DNA of 63,752 nt, the filler included, from Asterionella formosa (Eukaryota), in NCBI GenBank assembly GCA_002256025.1. It is 18 parts of 18 records of this genome, joined end to end, with 100 filler letters (N's around TTAATTAATTAA, not from the genome) between each part and the next. Parts side by side here need not be neighbours in the genome. Positions count along the whole stretch, not along the records: positions 47,984 to 49,868 come from NKIB01000936.1; positions 49,969 to 51,850 come from NKIB01000937.1; positions 51,951 to 53,835 come from NKIB01000938.1; positions 53,936 to 55,820 come from NKIB01000940.1; positions 55,921 to 57,804 come from NKIB01000941.1; positions 57,905 to 59,787 come from NKIB01000942.1; positions 59,888 to 61,770 come from NKIB01000944.1; 11 more parts are not named here. One strand, given 5' to 3'. Of the stretch, positions 49,519-61,870 are shown one piece after another. The first letter of the stretch is position 1; each line of letters begins with the position of its first letter. The notes below the pieces were generated by a model. That model had not been told where the DNA came from and searched no databases. It saw only the letters and a list, made by a program, of their open reading frames with translations. The translations under genes and the position numbers were made by a program.

Positions 49519-49968
49519 GATTCTCTAAACAAAGATACAGTCACTCTGGTTCTCTTGTTTTCGATACAACTGCTGCAACTATGTCCTATTTATTATGTGG
49601 ACTTCAATTGCAATTATGGGTTTGAGAGTCAATGTCAATACAGTGTCATAAAATTTGCAGTCAATGAACTTTAGGCGGCGAAATAAAGGCGGGCGAGGCC
49701 AAATTTTTTCAACTATGCTGGCATAAACGTATACATACATATATATGTGTTTAGAAAATCAAAGGCCTGTCCTCATCGGTTTACATTTCAGGAGCATTTA
49801 GTTGATTTCAAAACCGTTCAACGGACCATTTAACGGATTTAGCGAATATTGCATTTCTTCTTTTTGACNNNNNNNNNNNNNNNNNNNNNNNNNNNNNNNN
49901 NNNNNNNNNNNNTTAATTAATTAANNNNNNNNNNNNNNNNNNNNNNNNNNNNNNNNNNNNNNNNNNNN

Positions 49969-51700
49969 AGAAGTGGTATCCGATGCCACATCAACGGAGT
50001 CCAAAGCATTTATCAACCACGGCAGGGCATGCTTGGCAAGCAACGGAATAGAAAGAACGAAATCATGTGTTTTCATCCTAATCTTCGACGTCGTGCTCAT
50101 TGCAGAGCTGGATCGAGCACTCTCCGGACCACCTTCCCACACAAGCGTTATAACAAAATTTTCAGCCATTCGATTAGGCAAAACTATGAACGTTTTAGAC
50201 GTTTTTGTTGACCAAAATAAGAAACGGAGAAACTTCAAGAAGTCTGAAATTGTTGAAGTCGAAATTCCCTCGTCAAAAACAACCATGGCAGTAAGATTGC
50301 GCAAAAGACCTTCAGCACTAGATAGTGATTCTAAAAGTTTGACACCCACCTCATCTAAATCAAAATCACTTGTCTTCTCAAGAGGAAGTGAAGTCGACCC
50401 TATGTTTCCAAAAAGATAACATATTAGAATCCGAAGGGCCGCTGCGTTGGCCATTCGACAACGCGTTTGGTCTGCGGTAGAGGATCAATGCCGGCATTTC
50501 GGCATGTTACCCAACCACGCGAGGGGGAGGTTGCAACTCCTCATCTTCCTTCGACTTGTACTGGTAATAATCAATGTCTCTATCCGTTCCCAGTTGCTCT
50601 TCGTCTGCCTCAGATAGAAACCACCATTTTTGCTGTGAGCGCATTGTACAACGAAACAGTGTGAGGTCCTTTCTGGGAACACCAGGCATACCCGTCAGCT
50701 GTAATGCATCACTCCTGCGAATTCGAATATTCCGTTGACGAATTGGAGACCTCCTGCTTGAGACACCTCGAACATCTTTGGTGGTGGACGATGATTTTTG
50801 CATGCTTCGATACAATGCTTGAGCTGTTCCCAACCAGTTAGTCTCAAGGGAAGTGATTGAGACGTGATCAATTTCAAAATCAAACCGCGCCAAACCGAAT
50901 AAAACTTATACGTCTGCGAGAGACAACGAGACGATCAAAGATTTTCTGCAAATACTCGCGACAGTTGATGATCAGCTCCGGTGGTTGTTTCTTGATGGAT
51001 TCATCGGTGAAGCTGTTCATGTAATCCATCACAGCTTGTGATACCATGATTGCATGATCTTCCATCTCCTTCGCAGACGACTTGTTATCGTTTCCAATTT
51101 GTTGACTGGGAACGGCATCAAACGAGTGCGCTCAGAATCTGATGCCAAAACTCCAACAAAGGGAAAAGCGGTGTATTGATCCTGACTGACAAATAGTCAG
51201 CAAGCGTTGAGAAACTGCCTTTGGCATGGAACCGTTGAATCATGCATCGCGACCCGAATTTCAAAAAGCACATTCAAGTGATTTTTTCACATTCGAATTC
51301 CCTTTGTAGTAAAGCTTTCTTTCGATTGAAAATAAGAGCTCTAGAACTGGAAGCAAGGAACACTCGCTCGCCTTTGCGTTTTTTTTGTTGGATCTTAATG
51401 TCGTTCGCAATGATCATGGTCGCAAACTCCAAACTTACTTCCACACAACCATGTTCATGTTGTCAGATCGTTAAAGGCTGTTTGCTCTATATACGAGAAT
51501 TCCAATAACTTGGTGCATGTATCCCTCAACAAAACGCCGAGCAAGTTCCGATAACTTGGTGCCAGAAACCGATTCGATGCATCCAGTGATTCAACTGCAT
51601 TTTTCCATACAACTGCGCATCGAGCCGGAGAATGATCGAAGAGTTAGCATTATACCCGGTAGTCATTCAGCTCTGGAATTTCGCAAATGCGCTCTGTATC
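49969..51700 (-). pseudogene. Frameshifted remnant of a host gene, tentatively the N-terminal region of a large ubiquitin-specific protease
   Basis: Protein-like fragments in shifting frames (LFRCTMRSQQKWWFLSEADEEQLGTDRDIDYYQ; KLYYKG...NHL...EIRV) with internal stops. Family call is from recall only. Confidence 0.4.
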
Positions 51701-52253
51701 ATCAAATTACAGCGCCTAATACGTTTGCATGTGACAGTACTCCTTGAATATTTGGATTAATGACAGACAGCATACTGCTACCTGTAGACGAAGACGCGGA
51801 CATACAACTGGTACAGTACAATGTATTCAGTCATCACTGTCTGCAAGGCANNNNNNNNNNNNNNNNNNNNNNNNNNNNNNNNNNNNNNNNNNNNTTAATT
51901 AATTAANNNNNNNNNNNNNNNNNNNNNNNNNNNNNNNNNNNNNNNNNNNNAAGTTCTGGGTCACTCTCCACTTCTTTGCCTAACTCCGGTTTCACTGTGT
52001 ATAGCCGAGTTAGGCAACATTCGGCAAACCAATCCTGTTTGTGATTGGAATTACCTTTCATACTACTTGGACCAGATAGGGCGGGATGTTTGATTCTCTT
52101 TTGGGAACAGAAAAAAGCACATTTGATTGATATTCTGTTTTACAGTACCTGCAATTCACAAACTATAACATCAAACTTACATGTTCACAGCAAAACTTCT
52201 TGGTCTTGAAAGCAAATGAAACTCACAACCTTTGTTACAATTGATGGATCAGT

Positions 52254-52790
52254 TCAATTTTGGCTAAGCGAGAATGATGTTCTGATAAGGCTGCTGAAAT
52301 TGAAGAGATAACCTCGTATGGACGAGTTTTGAACCGAATTACGACCTTTGTAGTGATTGAGTTCATTGACCAATTGATAATATCCTTTGGCAAGTACAAA
52401 ATGTTTTTCCCTCAGGTTGTCATGTACTTGTTGGTCCGTGCGATTAGAAAATTTATGATATGGTACCATGTCGTCCATCTGCATCCGGGAGTTATTAATG
52501 TCATCATCGACAGGAGCCATTTTTCTTGTATCAACAACTGAAGTAGAAACGTCATCATTGCTGTCAGTATCAATTACAGGATCCTTTGTACTAGTAGCTG
52601 ATGGTGTCCCCATCGACGATGGGGTATTGCTCCCAACGTCTCCCAATCGCCGATTGGGTTGCTTTGGATAATCGCCTATTCGCTTTTTCATTGTAAACTC
52701 ATTTTGGAACTTGCTTCTTTGTTCAATACCGGCAGTATTTGCCACATGTCCCTTGTTTCCATGAACCTCTTTATGGTTTCTTGAAGACAT
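52254..52790 (-). CDS. Hypothetical protein or first exon, possibly a transposon accessory gene
   Basis: 178-aa ATG-started hydrophilic ORF directly downstream of a 92-bp tandem array; no recognisable motif. Confidence 0.3.
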   Translation of the reverse strand: MSSRNHKEVHGNKGHVANTAGIEQRSKFQNEFTMKKRIGDYPKQPNRRLGDVGSNTPSSMGTPSATSTKDPVIDTDSNDDVSTSVVDTRKMAPVDDDINNSRMQMDDMVPYHKFSNRTDQQVHDNLREKHFVLAKGYYQLVNELNHYKGRNSVQNSSIRGYLFNFSSLIRTSFSLSQN

Positions 52791-52854
52791 TGTACTACTT
52801 GATAACTGTTGTCGCTGTCTTCCTTAAAGTTCGATGATCTTAAATTCATTTAAT

Positions 52855-53310
52855 ACTGTCCCGCTGCAGTAGCAGTGGTCATAGACATATGGTGTTCTAT
52901 TGCTTGCTTATTACTCCGACTACAGCTTTTCAGTTTCACAATCATACAATCCAAACTATGATGATTTACTATCCCACTGCAGTAGCAACAGTCCTGATTA
53001 TTTGGTGTTCTATTGGTTTTTAGTTTTACAATTATACGATCCTAAAACTATGATGATTTACTGTCCCACTGCAGTAGCAACAGTCCTAGACATATGATGT
53101 TCTATTGGTTTTTAGTTAACGATCATACGATCCTAAAATTATGATGATTTACTGTTCGAATGCAGTAGCAACAGTCCTGAACATATGATGTTCTAGTGGT
53201 TTTTAGTTTTACGATCATACGATCCTAAAACTATGATGATTTACTGTCCCACTGCAGTAGCAACAGTCCTGAACATACGGTGTTCTGTTGCTAGTTTACT
53301 ACTCCGACTA
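52855..53310. repeat. ~92-bp minisatellite, about 4.5 copies
   Basis: GCAGTAGCA anchors at 52866, 52979, 53071, 53162, 53254. Confidence 0.9.
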
Positions 53311-53935
53311 CCCCCAGTATATCACTTACTACCTGCTACTGGTACTCTATATATGTATATGATATATTGTTATTGTCATATGATGTACCGGTACACATGA
53401 AGAGCTCCCAACCAAAAAAGGGGCTTAAACAATTTGCTACCAAAACCCTTGCGGCAATTGAACGGTCTAAATAATTAGTTTCAACGGACGTAGAAAATAT
53501 CGATGCAAACAAATTTCAGAAACAATACCGGTACAGGTAGTCGTGGAAAACAATGGACATATAGTGCATTGAGTATTTTCGAATTATGTATATGCGAGTA
53601 TGATCATCCCAACCATATCAGGTGTTCCATATCGAGAGCGCCTTTGAATTTTATAAATGTATAACACTTAATATATATATATATATTTACAAATTTTATT
53701 ACTATATACATGGCATATATATTTTTGAAATCGTTCTGTCATGTTAACAAACAATGCCTGCTGCTTCATGAAAAGATACGTCGTAGTTAAGCACATGACA
53801 AGCAAAGAAAGTTTATGCAATACATAACGAAAAACNNNNNNNNNNNNNNNNNNNNNNNNNNNNNNNNNNNNNNNNNNNNTTAATTAATTAANNNNNNNNN
53901 NNNNNNNNNNNNNNNNNNNNNNNNNNNNNNNNNNN

Positions 53936-55820
53936 AACAACAACCACAGCAATAGGAGGTGCATGGAGAGGGAATGGCGGCTGCTGGTCACCACGGTGAT
54001 TGGTGTCGTCGAATCTTGTAATCAGAGCTTGCCTTGTTTGTGGAACCGGCAAATCACCTGATCGTTTGTACCAACGCACCAGTAATTTCAATTCTGGCAT
54101 AGACATCTGTTCTTTTGTTTTGTTCTGATCCTTCAATGTAAGTACTTTTCCGCGAAGTGTATTGAATTCTTGTTGCCTTTTTGTTTCTTTTGTACTAATG
54201 ACAATGTCTGAAATTCGCTTCCGTTCCAGTGTAGCAGCAAGAATATTTGGCCCAAGAGCAAAGGTTTGTGCAGAGGCCAGTAGTCCTGCTGTTATCCTCT
54301 TCTTGTGTCCCTCAATGTGTGAATCCGCTGTCTCCTTTCTCTTTCTAGCTTGGGCCTCCCAGTCGATTCCATTTCGCACATCCTCGCGTTTGCAAAAATC
54401 GTTAATTCTTCCAACAATTGTTCCGGCAAAGCCAGTTTGGAGGTTTAACTCATCAGGAGGGAGAGTGGCAGTCTCTGTGGGCGCATTGATGTTCTGTTGT
54501 GGTTGGGTTAGTTGAATTTCAGGGTGAAGCAAGACATTATAGTTCAGGGGATACCATCCTCGTTCATAAATTGCTTTCTTGTTTGTGGCAATATTTGCAA
54601 ATGAATTGTCCCATGCCGTATTCACCAGTCCAACAATGTCGACCTTGTTAATTGTAAGCTCTTGCCTGTGATCTGCTTTTAAGGTGAGCAATTTGCGTTT
54701 TGCTTTTGTGATGTTCATTTTGAAACAACCGTTTTGCTCACTACTGTCTCCAACCTGCCAGTAGCTTGTACCATAAGGAACACCAATACAGACTGTCCAA
54801 TTGTGTACTGGGTTGTTTATGGTTTCAAGGAACAAAATGTCAAATCGAGACCCATGTCCATCAAGTATTAGGAATGGTGGGGGCCCGTTGTTTCAGGGAA
54901 AGATGCCAGAGTCATCCATGTGCTTTAGCATGCCAACCAGAAGCTCTGCAGTGATTGAGCCGTTTTCTGACACACAGCAGTATGTAGGCAACTGTTTCCC
55001 TTCCACATCACAGACTGGTCCTTGTGGATATCGTTTTCCCTTTCCGCTGTTGCCATGTGTATTTTCATCTTCTCCTTCCCAAGCAGCAAACGGATCTAGG
55101 CCAAGCACCCATTCCTCTTCCAGGGCTTTTGCGGCAAACATAATTGCGCACATGATTGGTTGACCATTGGCTGCAGTGAATCCTAGGACAGTAAAGTGTG
55201 CATCTTTGGTCGAGGCCCGGATTTGAGGATGGCCACCTGCAATGCAAAGAAATTTTTCGCCACCAACGTTGCCATCTTTAGTTTGGGATGTATTGGAACC
55301 AACTTCGTCCACAAAGAGGAGACGGTCAGGTCTGATTAGCTCATATTCACTTGCTAACCCAAACGCTTCCTGCTCCTCAACTACTAACCCTTCTTTTGAG
55401 TACCATTGTTTGCTTGGGTTTCGTCTTGCAACTCCTCCAGCCACCATTTCTTTATAGACGTCTTTATACATTGACAAGAAGGACTGGTAAGTACACCAAT
55501 CTGCATATTTGCTCTCAAACTTTACTCCCTTCTTTGCTGTAACTAACTGTGCATTTCTTTTCATAAATCCTTTCCAATAGGATTTCCCAAGTTCAGGCTT
55601 TTTGTTGATTTGGAATGGAATGCAATTTGTTTCTCTCCAATTGTTCACCTTTGCCATAGTTTCAGTACCAGCAATCAAAGAGTTGGAAAGCATCAGTCCT
55701 TCAGAAACAGAGATTGGGACCCTCATTTTTGCAAGTTGTTGAATGAGTCCAACAAGGTAAGGTTCAATCTCGTTCATTGGTGATTGATGTCCATGTTTGC
55801 TAATATGATGCTGACCATTC
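53936..55820 (-). mobile_element. pogo-like (DDE_1-type) DNA transposase with one in-frame stop at 54893-54895
   Basis: LLFVDEVG, FTVLGFTAANG, ENGSIT, FLILDGHGSR, VPYGTSYWQVGDSSEQNGCFK. The two tracked ORFs share a frame. Confidence 0.88.
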
Positions 55821-56146
55821 NNNNNNNNNNNNNNNNNNNNNNNNNNNNNNNNNNNNNNNNNNNNTTAATTAATTAANNNNNNNNNNNNNNNNNNNNNNNN
55901 NNNNNNNNNNNNNNNNNNNNCCTGGACCCCCCCTATGGTTGCTGGACCCCCCTGTACATTTTTCTCGAGGTGGAACCAAACACCCAATAATTTTCTTGTC
56001 ATAGACAAAGTAACGTGCTATATTTCTTTTTGTCCTCGTAGGCACTACTATATAATAATTTAGCTACCATTTTGCGATTCTTTTGTACATACAAAACACA
56101 AGAGACGACAGGTAGTGGCTGTGAGCAGCTGGCGAATCCTTCATGA

Positions 56147-57804
56147 TGTTGTTATGTTAATCTCTTCATACATAAATATACAGGTATGTTGATCAGACCG
56201 GCCGAAATTCTGACGTGGTCACCTCGACAGAATTCTTCTTCCCAATTTTCCTCGGAACTAAATATTGCATGGTTTATAACACTTTATAATTCTAGTTTGT
56301 GTTTTCTCCTTCTTTGATCGTCGCATCATACTCTTTGTATTCCTCATGAGCCTCTTCAATCGTTAGTGTGTTTGTTGAGATCGGAACAGTTTATCAGACC
56401 CATCGCACTCGAAAGAGGGAAGAAGAGGTTTGAGAAGAATCGGACGATAGCAACTGCGATTGCGCCATTGTGAGCAACAAGTGCCGGAAGTTGCGCCGGT
56501 GACAAGCATAACAAACAGTCACAGTATCTCACTGTCTAAACAGCAGATCATCCAACTTTGGAGTGACAGGTCAAAGGGACCGTAAGACACAGGGTGTCAT
56601 CGTTCACACATTTTGTCATTGTGACATAAAATCCCACCGGAAGAGGGATTGTGTGCTGGTGTTGTTGGATAGATTCCACTCATCAAAGAACATATATAAA
56701 GTCGGCATGGCCGAACAAAACGACGATCGCCCAGGCGAAAGAGAACATTTTAAAAATGCACTGATCCACGTGGTGCAATTAAATGAAGCACAAGCAGATC
56801 GTTTGATCATGCAAGACATTTCAATGTCATCCGAGCTCTCATATGTTGATGACGAGACTCTTATGTTATGTTTCCAAGCTAATAATCGTCCTACAGCTGG
56901 AAAGAAAATGCGACTGATGGCATTTAAGATGTGGATCAGAGACCAACAGGCAAATGAAGGTTTCGGAAATGTTTCTTCAAACTATTTTACAAATGAAGAA
57001 CTAACAAAAATGCTTGAACAGGTTGGAAATGGCCAAAAACGCACCATTGACGCATCACAAAGAAACAATGTCCGTGATATTAAAGAACCTGAACCATGGC
57101 TTGGCAAACCACAAGATTGGCGTAAGCGAAAACGAGAGCTCATTGCTTATATGGCTAAACGCCGCAATTGCAACAATGTCCCTTTTCTTTACCTCATAAG
57201 AGAAGAACAAGGATATATTGAAACTGATGACAATGACATGAGTGTGATCATCAGGGATACACCACATCACGGAAGTGTCTATCAAGCAGACAACTATGAA
57301 TTCTTCCAAGTGTTAATTAGCTGGACAAGTGGTGGCACGATGGAAGCACTTGTTGACCGTTACCGTTCCACCCAGGATGGAAGATCAGCATGGCAGATGA
57401 TTATAACGATGATGGACGGTCAAGATTCACGCAATGCTAGGATTAAGGATGCAGATGCGAGAATTGATAATGCATTCTACAGAGAAGACAGATCTCAATT
57501 CACATTCGAACAATATTGCGCAGTCCATATAACTTCCAACATTGAAATGGAAGAATTAAATGTCCAACGTGATGGTTTTACACAAGTTCGTAAATTTCTG
57601 GATGGTATCAAACACCAGAGCATGCAAGGACTTAAATTCCTAATTATGGACAACGAGAAAACAAAAGCAGACCTCCAAGCTGCAGTAATCAAAATGAAGG
57701 ACCTCTGGAACCAGTCAAAGCCTGCTGCTGCCTCATCCTCAAACACACGTAATCGTGACGAACGAAATATAGGCAACGCAAACTTCCGCGCATTCAGGGG
57801 TGGC
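56147..57804 (+). mobile_element. Diatom-type Ty1/copia 5' end: putative LTR 56147-56388, PBS-like TTTATCAGACCC, gag from 56707
   Basis: TGTT...AACA ends; gag motifs PFLYLIRE, YQADNYEFFQ, DGRSAW, FTFEQY, QVRKFLDGI. Confidence 0.8.
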
Positions 57805-59495
57805 NNNNNNNNNNNNNNNNNNNNNNNNNNNNNNNNNNNNNNNNNNNNTTAATTAATTAANNNNNNNNNNNNNNNNNNNNNNNNNNNNNNNNNNNNNNNN
57901 NNNNACAATTATGAGCCTCAGGAAACTTCAACTAATAAAGCTGTGACTTCTTCAGAATCCACCAAAGGAGAAATTCAGCTGCAGTGGCTGTGAATTATGC
58001 TGGTTTCATTGCTGGTACAGAATTTCCTTGGTCAATGGTATCCTCCCGGATTGGAGATAGGCATGTGTCAAAAAATCTCGAAAAAATATTGATTCTAGTT
58101 TCTACACACTTTCTCCAGAAGGCTGGAAAGAGTGATACTTAGGAGCTGATTCAGATACAACGTCAGCAACAGCAACGGCAAAATTACCCGATGAAAACGA
58201 TGAACATGATGATGATGATGTCAATAATATCATCCATGTTGAATGTGGGGCACCAGAATGAGCAAATTCCAATGCCAGCATTGGACCCATTCAGGCAATG
58301 ATGAACTCCATGATAGCTTAAAAAATGATATCAATGCAGCAACAAATGCAAAATCAAAATCAACAGCAGCCTCCTATAACTCCAATGCCATCAACAGCAC
58401 CAAATACCAACAGTGCAACCCAACCTTTTTCTGGTGCATCGGTAGAATTTCAATCGCCAAATGATAAAAATGAAAGCAGTTGTGATGATGAATAATTGTA
58501 ATAAATTTTAAATCAATTAAATGTAAGAATGAAAACGCATACTTATTAGCACTTCTATGCAAATAGAGAATGTAAACAGAAGCAATTTGATTCTGACCAA
58601 CTTTACTCGCCCGAAAAATGGAAAGCAGCACAATCACTTGCAGGATTAGTTTTATTTCACCTTTCTCGTCATAACGAAATTTGTCTTTCTTGCATTTGTA
58701 AACTTGTTGATATTGATTGTATTAATGGAGAAACGTTCTGGATGGAAAGAGATGTTCATTTTGCTTGCTTGTGGTACTAAGCAATATCCCTTAAGTAGCT
58801 AGCTAGTAGAAAGGCAAATTTTGGAGTGGTGATTGCTTTTGCGCAGAAATGAAAGGAGGAAGTGGAAGAAGAACTGGAAGAAATTTCACGATCATCACAA
58901 GATTTCATTGTTGCTCTTGTAAACTGACATTGGAATGCGTGATATATACTGCCTCATCCCATATGCCAGAGAGAGCACCAATCATTTTGCTGTAGACCAG
59001 CTTAATGTTTCAATGCGACAATCAATTTTGAACTGAAGACACGCTCTTGAGTGTTAGGAAAAGTATCATGTTTTTCCCTCCAATCAGACACATTGATGTT
59101 TGCACAGACTTTGAAATTTGGATGTCAGAGTGTTCCAATGATAGTAGTGGGAGCAACCATAATCTGCTGGCATTAAACAGTTCTCTGCACTGGCATTTCT
59201 TATAGCTACTAGCTAATGTGATGATCAGAAGTTAAACTCAATTTATACTGGAATTATGCCAGGTAGCTAGCCCACAACTATCACTATAAGTGCTGGGGGG
59301 AAAGTGGCTAACCATGAGTGACGAGGGTGCTATAACATTTTACTCTTTTCATCATAGTAAGCAATATTTGTCATAAAGGGCGGTGCACCATCACTCATTA
59401 TCATGTCATACTCAAACATGCCTTGTGACTAGATCAGGAATGCACCAGTGAAGGCAATTTTTTTTGCAGAAGCACCACTCTAACCAGCCAAGTAG

Positions 59496-59695
59496 TGCTG
59501 AAGGCAATACACGCCCGAGGTGGTCTCTTGCCTGCGAGTATACATGTGTTCGAGGCTGGGTGGCGCGAGTAGGTTTTTGACCGTACGAGTGGCGCCCCCG
59601 GCGCTGCGAGAAGGTCACCCTACGAGTGCCATCCCAGTCGAGTACAAATGTATACGAGAAGGCAAGTAGCCGCCGAGAAGGGTATTGTTGAGGCA
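59496..59695 (+). ncRNA. Candidate structured non-coding RNA or ssDNA: ~200-nt rod with periodic tandem G.A pairs
   Basis: Manual pairing: CGAG 59516/59674, 59535/59655, 59551/59639, 59566/59623, 59586/59607; apical stem 59590-59606; multiple G-U pairs on this strand. Expression unknown. Confidence 0.6.
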
Positions 59696-60033
59696 ATTCC
59701 CGCTCTAGCTATCGTCGCGTCATTCGCTTACCTACTGCCCACAAATTTAGCATAAATGTCAATTTTAGCCTACTATTGCCCATCATANNNNNNNNNNNNN
59801 NNNNNNNNNNNNNNNNNNNNNNNNNNNNNNNTTAATTAATTAANNNNNNNNNNNNNNNNNNNNNNNNNNNNNNNNNNNNNNNNNNNNAAAAGCATTGTTG
59901 CTTTTCGTACATGATGCATGTACCAGGTGTACTGTCTAGCTACCGGTAAGTCATTAAACTCTCGCGACCTCGTCGTGCGTGAATGATCCATACCGGTGGA
60001 AATAATAATGGTATCATCATAGTGGAATACTTA

Positions 60034-60952
60034 GGGTCGTTCTTATCATTCCGAATTTGCTGTATCATTTCCGGGTTGTGGGCAAAAAATGACGGTTGGT
60101 ATCAAAACACGGTATCAGCAACGGTAACTTGATGGTATCAATTTTGTATCATTGATACAAAATTGATACCTTTTTTTGCCCCCTCCAAAAACGGTATCAG
60201 TGATACTGACGTTTTCGCGCGGGTATCATTTCCGTTGTCACTAATAAAATAACCGAAAATACGCCTGCAGGGCAGTACTTTTATTGACATCTATATTATA
60301 TACACAAAAATATTATGGTGTGCATCAAAGAAGCACAATACAATCATTATAGCGGCCGTGTGTGGTAATGTTCAGCCACAACACCAAAGAACGACAACCA
60401 CTGAGTCGAGAATTGAACAGATTGAGTCATGTGCATAGAGACATACCCGCTATGTAATTACAGGTACCTGGTACCGGTACCTGGTCCGGGAATTCATGAC
60501 AAGGTACTAGGCAATAGAATACGAAAATGATCACGTGACTACGACATATACTAGCTGTGCAAATACTTTGGCTTGCTGTCACTACAGGTACATTCTACTA
60601 TCACTCGTCCAGCACGTACTAGGCAATAGAATACGAAAATGATCACGTGACTACAACAAATACATGTGCAAATACAATTGACTATAGTACCCGGTAGTCC
60701 ATATACATAATTCGCGTAGATTTCTTGCATGGTTTGAGGACTGGTTTGGTATCATTATGTACCGGTAGTCAGGAAGGAAAAGCACATGTTTGTAGCCAGC
60801 CCGTAACCGTTGAATTTTCGTGATACTTTTTGGTGATACAATTTCATTTTTATTTTTGTGGAGAATGGATTTTTTCGGTTTAAATCGAGTAGCCGTTACA
60901 TGATACTTTTTCAAAAAAAATGATACCAAATCGAAAATGATAAGAACGACCC
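60034..60952. mobile_element. Non-autonomous PIF/Harbinger element (MITE), 919 bp, same family as 2819-3561
   Basis: TIR GGGTCGTTCTTATCATT...AATGATAAGAACGACCC with TTA on both sides; GTATCA/TGATAC subterminal motifs; perfect 37-bp palindrome at 60134-60170; internal ~60-bp duplication near 60504 and 60616. Confidence 0.9.
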
Positions 60953-61870
60953 TTAGAAGACCTACTTAGTACTACCAAACAGCTTTGATTTTTATTTTCA
61001 ACGGTCGTTTTCTTGCTTTGTGTAGACACTGATATGTATTGGTACCTGGTACCCTGAAACCTGATACCTGGTACCTGGTACCAGTAGCAGTGGAAAACTT
61101 TTATGACCCACTGAGTTCTCCTCCTAATTTGATTAGTTCGACTAAACCTATTCAATGTTTTCTTGCGAGAATCAAACTTCCAGGTCTTGTTAATCAAAGG
61201 TGTCAGCAGGTTTGTGGATCTGTTGATATTCTCCTTGTCAAGGTGCTGAGATACGAGGTGGGACACAGCAGTTTTTTACTGGTACCAGTCCTTCGATTCA
61301 TCTGCCAACTTGTTCAGCTGCCTATTTTTTTGAAATTTCTTGTTCATTTTGATTGTCATTTTGAGTTATAGCACCATTTCCAAGATTGTGCTTTTCAAGT
61401 TTTCATTTATAAGGTACAGTAGATAGAAATAGGCATCTAGCATAAGGAACTTATCAAGCAAGACACTGTGGATTCAATGGTGCCTCCTCTACTTTGGTTA
61501 TATCTTCAAAATGGAGCACACCATCACCAAAACTTATTCTATGTAATATATAGTGACTGACTTGACACTGATAGTAATAGGGTTACTATTGAAGAGTAGT
61601 CAATTACAGAATCCTAGTAGATTTAGGCAACTTTGGAAAAAGATACCAATATGTATTATGTGGCATCAATGACTGTATAAAATTTGTATACCAGTATACA
61701 AAGATCATGTATAGCTCTACCGGTCGCTAGGTATGCACGTACGAGACAGACTGGCCTGACTGTCCATCCGNNNNNNNNNNNNNNNNNNNNNNNNNNNNNN
61801 NNNNNNNNNNNNNNTTAATTAATTAANNNNNNNNNNNNNNNNNNNNNNNNNNNNNNNNNNNNNNNNNNNN

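Noticed and set aside
52855..53310. CRISPR-like periodic array
   Set aside because: The whole 92-bp unit repeats, with no unique spacers and no cas genes; it is a minisatellite.
57905..59200. Decayed coding-like sequence (also 42028-42900, 44014-44480, 61100-61500)
   Set aside because: Stop-ridden; no family recognisable, including no TnpB/Fanzor, Rep or RT motif seen by eye.
59496..59695. SRP RNA, tRNA or hammerhead ribozyme identity for the rod
   Set aside because: Single unbranched rod with a CCC loop; I see no SRP helix 6/8 tetraloops, cloverleaf, or CUGANGA/GAAA core.
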